Assembly: GCF_004010195.1 (NCBI RefSeq)
Contig: NC_057753.1
Location: 13,443,979-13,507,978, forward strand
Source of the DNA: Chiloscyllium plagiosum
Taxonomy: Eukaryota
DNA length: 64,000 nt
Direction of reading: 5' to 3'
Shown here: piece by piece, positions 36,892-49,000 of the stretch
Layout of the letters: each line of letters begins with the position of its first letter
Numbering within the stretch: the stretch's first letter is position 1
The notes under the pieces: model-generated
Databases searched by the model: none
The model's input: the letters and a program-made list of their open reading frames with translations, nothing else
What the model was told of the DNA's origin: nothing
Position numbers and translations under genes: made by a program

Positions 36892-39607
36892 CAGGGTCAA
36901 GCTTAGCTTGGTGCTGGAAAAGCACAGCATATCAGGTAGCATCCGAGGCGCAGGAAAATTGACGTTTCGGGCAAAAGCCCTTCATCAGCAATGAGGCAGG
37001 GAGCCTCCAGGGGGAGATATAAATCGGGGGGGCACGGTGCTGGGGAGAATGTAGCTAAGAGTGCACTAGGTGATGGAATTGGGGATGGAGTTGATAGGTC
37101 AGCGAGGAGGGTGGACCGGATATATGGAAAAGAAGATTGGCAGGTAGGAAAGGTCATGAGAATGGTGCTGAGCTGGCATATTGCAACTGGGATAAGGTGG
37201 GGTCGTAGAAATGAGGAAGCCGTTGAAGTCCACATGGATACCCTAGGGTTGAAGTGTTCTCAGGTGGAAGATGAGGCGTTCTTCCTCAAGGCATTCGGGT
37301 TTTGAAGGATTGGCGGTGGTGGAGCCCAGGACCTGCATGTCCTCGGCAGAGTGGGAGGGGGAGTTGAAATGTTTGGCCATGGGGTGGTGGGGTTGGAGTT
37401 GAAATGTTTGGCCATGGGGTGGTGGGGTTGATGAGTGCAGGTGTCCCGGAGATGTTCCCTAAAGCGCTCTATGAGAAGGCGTCCAGTCTCCCCACTTTAA
37501 AGGACACCTCATTGGGAGCAACGTATACAATAAATATCATTGGTGGATGTGCAGGTGAAACTTTGATGGATGTGAAAGTTCCCTTTGGAGCCTTGGATAG
37601 AGGTGAACAGGGAGGTGTGAGCGCAAGATTTGCAATTCCTGTGGTGGCGGCGGAAGGTGCCTGAAGGGGAGGGTGGGTTGTTGGGGGGTGGACTTGACCG
37701 GGTAGTCACGGATGGAAGGGTCTTTGGGGGAAGTAGATAGGGGTGGGGAGGGAAATATATCCCTGGTCGTGTGGTCCGTTTGTATGAACTGTCGGCAGAT
37801 TATGCTGTTTATGCGGAGGTTGGTGGGGTGGAAGGTGAGGACGGGGAGGTTTTGTCCTTGTTGTGGTTGGAGGGGTGGGGTTTGGGGCCGGGGTGCGGGA
37901 CCTGGATGAAATGCGCTTGACGGCATATTCAACCACGTGGGAATGGAAATAATAGTCTTTAAAGAAGGAGGCCATCTGATATATGAGAGCCCGAGGGTTT
38001 GTAAAAAATGTCAATGTTAAGTCGGTCGTCATTGATGGAGATGAAGAGATCCAGAAAGGGAAGGAGGTATCAGAGATATCCAAGGTAAATTTAAGGTCGG
38101 GGTGGAATGTGTGGGTGAAGTTGATGAACTGATCAATCTCCTCGCGGGAGCACGAGGTGACGCTGGTGCAGCCATCAATGTACCAGAAGAAGAGGTGGGG
38201 AGTGGAAGATGAACTGTTCTTCGTAGCCAACAAAGAGACAGGCATAGCTAGGACCCTTATGGGTGCCCATGGCTACTCCTTTTGGCTGGCGAACGTGGAA
38301 GGATTCGAAGGAGACATTGTTAAGGGTGAGAAGCAGTTCAGCATAACGAATGAGACTGCCAGTTGAAGGGAATCGGGGGAGGAAGAAACTGTGGGGTTGG
38401 AGGCCCTGGTCAGGGTGGATGGAGATGTAGAGGGATTGGATGTCCATGGTGAAGATGAGACGTTCGGAGCCGGGGAAACGGAAGTCTTCGAGGAGGTGGA
38501 GGACGTGGGTGGGGTCTCGAACGTATGTGTGGAGTTCCTAGACTGGGGAGGGGGCGGGAGCAGAATACTGAGGTAGGTGGAGTTGAGTTCGGTGGGGAGG
38601 AGCAGGCTGTGACAATGCGTCGTCCAGTGTGGTCAGGTTTGTCGATCTTGGGGAGGAGGTAGAATTGGGCGGTCCGTGTTTCCCAAACTATGAGTTTGGA
38701 AGCTGTGGGTGGGAGAACTCCTGAGGTGATGAGTTTGTGTATGGAATGGGAGACAATGGTTTGGTGATGAGGGTGGGATCATGTTTGAGGGGACGGTAGG
38801 AGAAAGTGTCTTTGAGTTGGCGCTTGGCTTCAGCAGTGTACAGGTCAGTGTACCAAACTACCACTGCATACGCTGTATTCACTGGTTTGACGGTGAGGTT
38901 GGGATTGGAGCAGAGGGAGTGGAGGGCTGCGTGTTCTGAGAGTGAGAGGTTGGAGTGGGGTCGGGGAGTCAACAGGTTAAAGTGGTTAATGACTCGGCAG
39001 TAGTTGGAAATGAAGAGATCGAGGGCTGGTAATCAGCCAGCACGGTGTGTCCAGGTGGATCGAGTGTGTTGGAGATGGGTGAAGGGGTCCTCGGAAGGTT
39101 GGGCGGGACACCTGATTAAAAAAGCAAGCCCGGAGGCGAAGTAGGCAGAAGAAGTGTTCGACGTCACGATGCGTATTGAATTCGTTGATGCATGGACGGA
39201 GGGGGATGAAGGTAAGGCCTTTGCTGAAGTATAATTGTTCTCAGTGAGGTGGAGGTCTGTGGGATGGTGAAAACCTGGAAGGGCTGGGAACTAGGGCCTG
39301 GCATAGATGTGGAGCTGGGAGTGGGGGCAGAGCCTGAACTGGAGTAGGAGTGGTGGTGTGGGAATAGGGTGGAATCATGATCAGAGGTGATATTCCCCTC
39401 GCAGTTCTGGGTTGGCGAGAATGGTGACTGTAGGATCTGCGGGGAGAGTGTTAGCAGTATGCTGGTCAGTTTGGTGGCATTGGTGGGGCAGAAGTGGTGG
39501 CAATGACGGAAATGGGGGGCGCAGACGTCACGGAACGTGTGATGTCAGGTATGACATGGGGAGAGCAAATGATGTCATGTGTGGTGCATGTGAAATCGTG
39601 TGGGGCG
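36892..39607 (-). mobile_element. Degenerate Penelope-like retroelement (RT + GIY-YIG) inserted into the Tx1-like relic
   Basis: Frameshifted motifs MDIQSLY, GVAMGT..PSYACLFVG, WYIDG (RYIDD-like) and FTCTSTNDIYCIRC; 6-bp TSD GTGGCT (36886-36891, 39608-39613). Confidence 0.85.
36957..36992 (-). ncRNA. Minimal hammerhead ribozyme motif at the 3' end of the Penelope-like element
   Basis: Minus strand CTGATGA-A-GGGC TTTT GCCC-GAAA-CG-TC; GUC cleavage triplet. Confidence 0.78.
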
Positions 39608-41699
39608 GTGGCTGCTGAGGGGTTGAGACTGTCACACATCTCCCTCTGGAATGTGCCTTTGCCAAGTGAGTCTGAAGGGAAATGAAATGGTCTTTGTTGG
39701 GGTTCGTCCTGAGCATCTCCATGAACTCTACAGTCCGTTCCCTAGGACACACACCTTTACAGGCAGCAACTGCATCTTGAGGACCACCAAACATTGAAAG
39801 ACACTCTCTGGTCTGCCCGAGCCTTGGTCATTTTCCAAAAAAAGGAATTGACCCAGATCGAGTGTTGCAGGTTGAAATACTCCAATGACCAGGACTACAT
39901 GCTGAGGTCCACGTTAAAGATTGGAACAGCTACTGCCAAGACACAAAGGAGAAGACCACCGTCTGAGGTCTTCCTGCTGAATGTAAATGGGGGAGCATTC
40001 AATTATTACACTCTCCAAGTGTGTCAAATATACATAAAGAGTAGTATTGTATGTGCAAGAGAGGTCTTTGGTTTTGTGTATAATCAAACTCGAACGTTCG
40101 GTGTGTTTACTTCACATGCAACTGTGCAGAACTGAACAATTTTTAGTTCAATGTATGTACGAAAGACATTTGTTTTATGAATAAACTATATTTTCAAATT
40201 AAAAGATTTTTAACTGCGGCGGGATTATTGTTTATTGAAAACCTAACCCTATACCCTGCTGTGGAGACTTGAAATAAAGTCGAACATGTAACACTGGAAA
40301 AACACAGCAGGTGAGGCAGATCAGGCGAGTCGACGTTTCGAGCGTAAGCATTTCATCCTGAATGATGCCACCTTCACGTTCTCCTCCGACTCGAAGGAAA
40401 GTAAATCAGAGCAGTTTTTGGAGGTCGCTGCAAAGACTGTTTTGTATTGACAACACAAAGTAATTGAAGTTAAATCACAAAGTGCTACCACTGCGTTGGA
40501 ATGCTACGATGATGTAATCGTTGAGAAATATGCAGTAAAATCAGAAACAGCGACAGAACTTCAACAGAGCTGGCAATATCTGTCAACAGAGAAACAGGGT
40601 TAACATTTCGAGTCTGATTGACTACCCCCCCAGAACATTTCGTTCAAGTGACGCGTTCTCCGATTTTGTGACAATGGTTGAGAGAACGCACTCTTAACAC
40701 CAATGTTCTCCATGCTACGAAGGTGCATTGGTGAAAAATGATTCTATATAATCTGATCTCCCAATACTCACTATGTAGGTGCAAATTGAAAGACAATGGC
40801 GTGACATTGATAATCTCAATTTTATTTTTCCTCTCACCACTCTAATCTGTCCGCTTCTGAAATGTTTGCATTTTGCTTTCAGGTCTATCCCCAACTTCGA
40901 ACCGTTCCAGAAATATTTCATTCAAAGGAACAAATAGTTGCGATATGAAATATCAATACTGTATACAGTGGGCACCAAAGCCTGTCCAGTGACAGTCCAA
41001 GCAATTGTAGTAACCTGATTAGAGATTTCTCAATGTTAAAGACGTTTACATATATTAGGATCAAGCATCTACATTATTAGCTGGTGCCATGACATTATTA
41101 TCATGGCAGGAAGCCAATGAACAAGCTATAGTACAACAATAATCTATAGCACAGGATTAGTGAGCTGCAGGTTCCTGGAATAGCTAATAGATGATCAAAA
41201 AAACCAGACCGAGGACAAAAGCCAAATTGAATTATATCAGGAAGAATGACGGAATTGCTTGTGGATATTGGACGCATCACGTAGCATTGCTCAAAGTCAA
41301 GTTTCTGTTGTCATTTTATTCTGTGTTGCACGGATTTCTGAAGCTGATGTTTCATGGTTTCTGTTGTGTACCTCCTTCACTGGCTGGAGCACAATGCCAG
41401 ACACTTCTGTAGTGATTCTATTGTTATCACCTTCATTTGCACAATGGCATAAATTATCTAATCGCATGTTTGCATTTTATTCAAATGTATTCAACATCAA
41501 TCGAGGACGGAGGTCGTTCTCGGATGCTGCACCCATTGATCTCTCTGCGTTAATTATTTTCTTATATTTGAACTTGGCTCATTCTGGTATAAGGGTAGGA
41601 AGTATATGTTACTCTCGACTCGTCCATCCACACTTTGCACTTTGTGTTTTTTCGGGGCAGTGCTTTTGTACGAGGTTCAGCCTGGTTCCTGTCACTGCG

Positions 41700-42201
41700 T
41701 CTCAGTCCGCAGTAATATACTGTGCTGTCAGACAGCTGCAAATCGTAGATGGTGAAATTCCCTTCATTTTTTGACTTGTCCAAAGATGCAGAAAATCGCT
41801 CTGACGCCCCCTCTTCTCTCATAGTTGCGAACGTACATTAAAAATGTTGGAGATTTCCCTGGGTCCTGACGGTACAGTTGCAACGCGTATGTGTCACCTG
41901 TGGTCGAATATCTGAAATGAATGGTTACTGAATCTCGTACAAATTGTATCACTGTAACCGGCCTCTGTGAGATCAAATCGGCACAATTAACACCTGTGAA
42001 AATATGGAAAGAAATCGACATTAAAATGACGACCATGATCAATGTTAGCAAGACAAAGCATGGATTGTGATAGAGAGAAACACAGACAAATCGAAGATTT
42101 CTACGTACATTTTAAATAGAAGAGAATATTTTACAACTCAGAAACTTACCTGTAAAGAGCGTTGCAACAGCGAGAAATGAATAAATATTAAGAATAGACA
42201 T
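41700..42201 (-). pseudogene. TCR V family C copy 3 pseudogene (leader 42201-42150, V 41993-41700)
   Basis: Frameshifting deletion in CDR2; heptamer CGCAGTG (RSS 41661-41699); same Phe23/Leu41 as the other C copies. Confidence 0.88.
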
Positions 42202-42632
42202 GTTTGCAGAGCAAATGCTGGGAAGAACAAAGAAAATTGAAGCTGATTCTTTTATGTTGGCAGTCAATGGTTGTGATATCCGGTTTCACTGTTGAATGGT
42301 TCAGTTCTGTCAGAGTCACCATGTATCACCCAATCGGCTAACAGCCACTTTGTACTCTAATCCACGACGCCAACGTGTTGACCACAGTAACTTCACTGGG
42401 AAACAGGGGAGTCCATTTCCTCCGGCCAACCTGCTCCACTTGTCCATAATGTAATGGTCGATCCACATCATTTCCAAATTCTGGCAGACTACTCAAATCA
42501 CATCTGTCCTTTTTTATCCATCAATCTGTCAATATCGGTCCAAAATATACTCCACGCCAGGGCAAGAAATACCTCTGATCACTGAATAAAGCTGATGGGA
42601 GCACTAACTTCAATTCTCCTCTTTAACAAAGT

Positions 42633-43235
42633 CATTCATAGAGTCATTGTCATAGAGATTTACAGCATGGGATCAGACCCTTCGGTCCAACCTGTCCACA
42701 CTGACTAGATATCCCAACCCAATCTAGTCCCACCTGCCAGCACCCGGCCCGTATCCCTACAAACCTTCCTATTCATATACCCATCCAAATGCCTTTTAAA
42801 TGTTGCAATTGCACCAGCCTCCACGACATCCTCTGGCAGCTCATTCCATACACGTACCACCCTCTGCGTGAAAACGTTGCCCCTTAGATCTCTTTTCTAT
42901 ATTTCCCCCTCACCCTAAACTTATGCCCTCTAGTTCTGGACTCCCTGATTCCAGCCAAAATACTTTGTCTATTTCTCCTATTCATGCCCCGCGTAATTTT
43001 GTAAATCTCTATAAGGTCACCCCTTAGCCTCCGACGCTCCAGGGAAAACAGCCTCAGCCTGTTCAGCCTCTCCCTATAGCTCAAATCCTCCAACCTTGGC
43101 AACAACCTTTTAAATCTTTTCTGAACCCTTTCAAGTTTCACAACATCTTTCCGATAGGAAGAAGACGAGAATTGCACGTAATATTCCAACAGTGGCCTAA
43201 CCAATATCCTGTACAGTCACAACATGACGTCCCAG
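42633..43235 (-). mobile_element. Young 5'-truncated CR1 LINE insertion
   Basis: ORF 42884-43204 VRPLLEYYVQF..RRRLRGDLIEIYK; absent at paralogous sites ~24400 and ~61095. Confidence 0.92.
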
Positions 43236-44141
43236 GTGACTAGTGGTTAATACTTAATTCTGATTGAATTTAAGAGTTGGAAGATTCTGCAGCAATTGCG
43301 CAAGGTGTTAGTGAGGCTGCACCCGGCGTATTGTGCACAGTTCTGATCTCCTTACTTGAGGAAGGATTGACTGTCTTTGGAGCCCGTGCAAAGGAGTTTC
43401 GCGAGATTAATTACAGGGATAAGCGGGTTTCCCTGTGAGGAGAGGCTGAATCGCCTGGGACTGAAGTGGCTAGAATTTTGAAGAATGAGAAGCCATCTTA
43501 TAGAAAAATATATAATTATGAAAGGGATGCATATGATAGAGTGAAGCAAGTTGTTTCCGCTCATGCATGAGACTAGGACTAGGGCACACGGCCTCAAGGT
43601 TAGGGGGAGTAGATTTAGGACAGAGATAAGGAGGAACAATTTTTCCAAGAGAATCGTGAATCTATGGAATTCACTGACCAAGGACGCAGGAGAGGCAGCT
43701 ACATTAAATTCATTCAAGACACATTTCAACGAGTTTTTGCATGTCCTGAAACATGAGGGTTGTGGGGATAACACAAGTTGGAGGAGCTGAGACATTAGGT
43801 AGATCTTAATGAGTTGTGCAGCGGACTCGACGTGCCAAATTGCCCACTCCTGCCTGTATTACTATGTGGCATCGGTGATACATTATGAGAGCTGTTGGGT
43901 CATCACGAACAACTGGCACAGCGATATAAATATAGTCTTTATTGAGAAAAGTGCACAATGTGAACAGCAGAATAGGATACCTTGGGAGTACTGTTCGTTG
44001 TCATTTCGTTTTCAATATCTTATCAGTTGACAATCCAGAGACATATCAGCAATATGGCTCAGGATGTAGATAGGGAACGCAGGGTCATGAGTGTGTCTAG
44101 CTAATTTGTGTACGGACTGACTGCAACTCTTTATCAGCTTG

Positions 44142-44556
44142 AGACTCAGCGCACAGTGGTAGACGGCAGAGTTGTTTAAAGGAAACACTTCCTTTTTTTG
44201 TCCAGAGTAGAAGAGAACCTGTCAGAGAAATCTGGAGACGTATGTCCTTCTTCCTTGTTGAATCTTCTCAGTAAATATCCGGGAGCTTTCCCAGGATATA
44301 GGATGTACCAAAAGAGCACTGGCGCAGTGAACTGTGCTGTCTAATTACAGTTGAGTATTACAGTGTCTCCTTCGTAAAACGTTTTTTTTCAAGTGGATTC
44401 TGGGAAACTGAACCTTGGCCACTCGAATCTGCAACAAACACAATGAAGTTGTCAATAAGCTGAAGGTCGAACTGGCGAAGCCCATCTTGACAATTTTAAG
44501 ACAGACATACCTGACACCACTGACATTAATATCAGTAAAGCGCATAAAAACCACAT
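44142..44556 (-). pseudogene. TRAV: TCR V family D copy 3 pseudogene (leader 44556-44511, V 44428-44142)
   Basis: Extra base in the FR1 A-run, TAG after Cys23-Asn, FR3 deletion; RSS 44103-44141 CAAGCTG..ACACAAATT. Confidence 0.9.
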
Positions 44557-45734
44557 GTTTCAGGTTAGCCAGTAAACAAAGCACTGCTGAAATATTTTGA
44601 CCTTCTGCTCTTACATGAGGGACTGAGCCCCGATCAGAAACAATCTTCACTTTCTGGATACGTGAGATATATGCTCTCTTAATCCAATTGGCTGGTTTCT
44701 CAGGTCTGACGTCAACAGTGGACCAATTACAGTAAATACAGGACCAAATACAGCTGACTCTCTCCAACCTCTTCCCTGGCTATCTTGCTCACCCTCTTGC
44801 TATTTCCCATACTTTCAGCCATTATGTCTCCTTCCCCCATTACACTATATTTTCTGTAGCGATCGATTGGCCAATCTTCCGAGAGGTAAATCTTTCTCTG
44901 TAGGTAAGATGAAATGTAAAATAATTCAAAATTAATTCATTACTCAGGTCTCAATCAATGTGTACATCAAGGTCCATAGTTAATTGTCACTGTGTGTAGT
45001 TCAGCGAGGAAATTACAAATTACTGGAACTGATTTGTGGTAGTAGTGGGGCTTCATCAGTCACCCAACAACCAGATTTCAGATTATAATCAGTTTTCAAA
45101 GATTGTTTGGCACCAGATCTGGATCATTTACTTGGGAAAATTGATTAAATTACTTACAGAGGACATCTTCAAACGACAGTGATGATTTGCAACAGAATGA
45201 CGTCATTCGCCCCTTAAAAAACAATTTGATGCAGCCATAAAAACAGTGACACACGCACACACACAGAGGAAATATGGAGGACGACTATGTCATTATTCCA
45301 GGGAGAATAGTACCTGTTAATCAGCAGGAGATTTACTTGGGCATGATTAACCTTCTGCCATGGAACTTCCTCACTTATGGAAACAATGCCAAGGATCATG
45401 TGGGTAACTCCCTCCCGATTGCATACAGTGGAGTGGCTACCTCTGCTCAATCTGTCCGGTAGGTGGGATGGGACATACCCAGGGAGGGTGATTGTTTTGT
45501 GTCTCGGATGTGCATCAGAGGTTCCATAGAAATGAGTATAACAAGCTGTTGCTTGACTAGTCTGTAAGACAGCTCTCCAACTTTGGCACTACTTACCCAG
45601 AAGTTCTTGAGGAAAACTTTGCACAGCCAACTTTACTCTTTCTGCTGTTTTTGTTTTCTAATGCATCATTCGATGCCATGTGCATCGTGCCGTTGCTTTC
45701 CTCTGTTGGCGCGTCAAAGACATTGATACACTTG

Positions 45735-46045
45735 GATAGTACGGTGCCTTAGTGGTTAGCACTGCTGCCTCGTAGCACCAGGGACCAGCCTTCAATTCTA
45801 GCCTCGGGTGACAGTCTGTGTAGAGTTTACACTTGCCCCCATGTTTGTGTGAGTTTCTTCCGGGTGCTCCGGTTTCCTCCCACTATCTAAATATGTGCAG
45901 GTTAGGCAAATTGGACACGCTAAAATTTTCCATAGTGCTCAAGGATATGTCAGGGGTGATGTTGAATCTGGGTGGGTTAAGTTTCGGAGGGTGGTGTGGA
46001 CTTGTTGGGACAAATGGCCTGTTTTCACACTGCAGGGATTCCATA
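45735..46045 (+). mobile_element. HE1/V-SINE-type tRNA-derived SINE; paralog 63688-64000, 3' parts at ~7780-7915 and ~26690-26775
   Basis: A-box TAGTGGTTAGCACTGCTGCCTC, B-box-like TTCAATTC, V-domain GGGTGCTCCGGTTTCCTCCCAC, CR1-like tail. Confidence 0.8.
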
Positions 46046-49000
46046 ATATCTACGAATACAGTATCTTGCTGGACCAGTGCTGCAGATCTGTAATCACACA
46101 TGGGCTAGACCAGATGAAGACAGCGGTTTTCCTGGAAGTACATTAGTGAATGAAATCAATCAATTTACAATGCTGTCTTGGCCATTATTAGATCCTTAAT
46201 TCTAGATGTTTAATTTTATTCAATTCAAATTTCACCATCTACTTTGTTGGGATTCGAATCCCGATTTCCTGAATATTATCTGACTCTCTGCAATAATAAT
46301 CTAGCGATAATACCAATAAGTTATCTCCTCTCACATTTGTGAACTTTCTCCAAAGCTTTCCTTTTCGAACATACTCCCCATTTCCTTTCGAAAGTTCCCA
46401 TTTAAGTTGTTTTGATCATCATTTCAGGTAATGCGTTCCACCTCAGTTTAATTCATTAGGAGGAATGAGGCATATCCCAAAGGCCAGTACGTGGGATGAA
46501 CATATCACTACAAGTGGAAATTCTTGGACACAATGCAGGTCCTTCCTTATCTAGTAATCAAACTCTTACCATTATTAACGAACAGATCCATTTCACTTCC
46601 ACTTCAACCTTCAATTTTACGACAGATTTTACCTAATTTCTTTCAAATGTGCTTTTGCTCATAAATCAGGACGGTAACACAAACAGGTTCAAATGTTGGA
46701 GAATTATCAAGTGCCCATTTTCAAATTGGAAACTTAAAACTGCCATTTTACTTTCAATCAGCATCAAGTCACAAACACAACCGTCTGTGTGCTTCAGATC
46801 GCCAGCAACCGCAGTCATGTTTCTTATTATGAATATGATCACAGCCTTCCAGAGAAAGGAATTTTAACTCATCAAGAAGTTTGACAAACATTTTCAGCAG
46901 GGAGATATGATGCTCAACCTATGTGTGGTCATGGACGACGCTGTCAAGGGCGAACCATGAAAATGTGAACACTGTGTCAAGGAATTTAATTACTCATCCT
47001 AGCTGGAAATCCATTGACGAATGCCATGGGGGATAAATTTCTGGAGTTCGTTGTGAACTTTTCTGAAGCAAACCGTTGAAGCACCAATTAAAATCAGCTT
47101 GTTTTAGGTCTATCATTGTTTAAAGAGAGAGGGCAATTAATAATGTTGTACCTGGCACAAGTGTTTTTGAAGTCTTATATTCAACAAAAAACGATGAGTT
47201 GACTCTTATCGACAGTAATACTCATTTATTGGACACACTTAATATGAGAACTATGAACTAACAAAAAAACACAACAAACTGTCTTAAGCTTTAATTTAAC
47301 TTTGTATATTCGTGTACCATCACACTCGAAACTGACCAGGCTCCAGGTGGTGACGTTTTACTTTTCTTCTGATGGTCTTAAGGGTGCCTTGTCTATCGTT
47401 GGTTATTCTCGAGTTATCTTCCTGAGTGGGGTTTTGCTGTGAATATCTGCCAACGAATTGACAGGTTCGATTACCCTGAACGATCAGAACCAACGAGGTG
47501 TTGACACGTTGCTGGCAGGGTGGCTGTTAGGCGTCCAATAGGGTAGGTGCTGGGTGAACATAACCTCCTCCAAATAGGGGTGCTAGGCACCTTACTGTCT
47601 AGCGCATAATTCAATACTCCCAATTGTCCCGAGGGCGTCATTCCATTGTTCTATTCAAGTCCAATTTTAGGTGTGCATTGCAGAGTCAGCAGCTGTCAAG
47701 TTAATTTGCAAACCGTCTGTGGGCAGCTGCAGCCTGTCTGGATTCTGCAACATATGGATGAGCACAGTCACTTTAGCCAAGGCTGAGTTCGATTTCCCAG
47801 CATGCTCTAATCATTGTTCATCTTTTCTAACTCCATGTTAAGTGTATTAGTGTCCATCGTAAATTCATTATTTCAAGTGATGCTTCCGGCCACAGCAACC
47901 TCGCTCTTCAGAAGTCCTTTTGCATAGAGAAAATAATATTGTGCAATTTTCAATCAAGATTCAAATTGACATAATTCATTCTGGAAATAAATTCTGAAAC
48001 ATGAATAATAGAAAGTATGAAAATTGGAGTGGCAAATTGGTTATGATGGATTGCCAAAATACACAAAATGATTTGGAAGTACATAGGCAGGACTGAGTTT
48101 TTGAAGAGGTATTATATGGTCTGTAATTATTATTTATTCCTCGAAAACAGAAACGTGTAGCTGGAAAAATAAATCAACCATGGCTAACGAAGGACCGAAG
48201 ATACCTATGTTGTATGGTTTGCAAGGCTGCAAGAAACATTTAGAAGCCAAAGGATTACAAGTAATTTAGAATTCGACAAAGGATGACCAAAAGACCAATT
48301 AAAGGGGAAACGAGAAGATGCATGGAGTCTCAGAGGAATCATAAATGTAAACTGAAGAAGTTGCTTACGTAGATGAAATGCAGAAAAACACAAAACATAC
48401 TGGATTGACACCTAGGCCATCAGCTCCAATACTCACTGCCTTATCACTAATACACAGTTGCAGAAGTGTTGCCGGAATATGCATTGCAGTAATTCGCCAA
48501 GTGTCCTGCAACAAAGCATTCTCATGTCCTCTACCACCTAGAAAGTCAAAGACATTAGATGCATGGGAACACTTCTCTCTCAGGCCATACTCGGCCGTGT
48601 CTTGGATCTACATCACATTCTTTCATGATCACTTGATCAAGGCCCTGGAACACTCTTGCTAACAACAATGTGGGTGCCCCAACTCAGCAAGAATTGCAGA
48701 CATTCAAGGAGGCAGGTCACCACCACGTTCTACCAGACAGTTCGGTTTGCTCGCTGTGCCGCCAGTGATACAATGCCACCCTCTGCTGGCAGCTACACGC
48801 CACTGCACAGTCAGAGTGTAAAAATCGTTGGGGATTATATCCGAGGAATGGCAGCAACGAACTGCATTCAAATGCACATCAGCATCTGTTCACACAATTA
48901 GTCAGTGTGGGAATGACAGAATTTATCGGTGGGAATCATTGTGCGCCACATCCAGCAATAGAATATGCCTAGAGAAGACAGATTAAGGAGCAGCCAGCAC

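Noticed and set aside
45735-45810. tRNA gene
   Set aside because: tRNA-derived SINE head followed by V-SINE core; no complete cloverleaf
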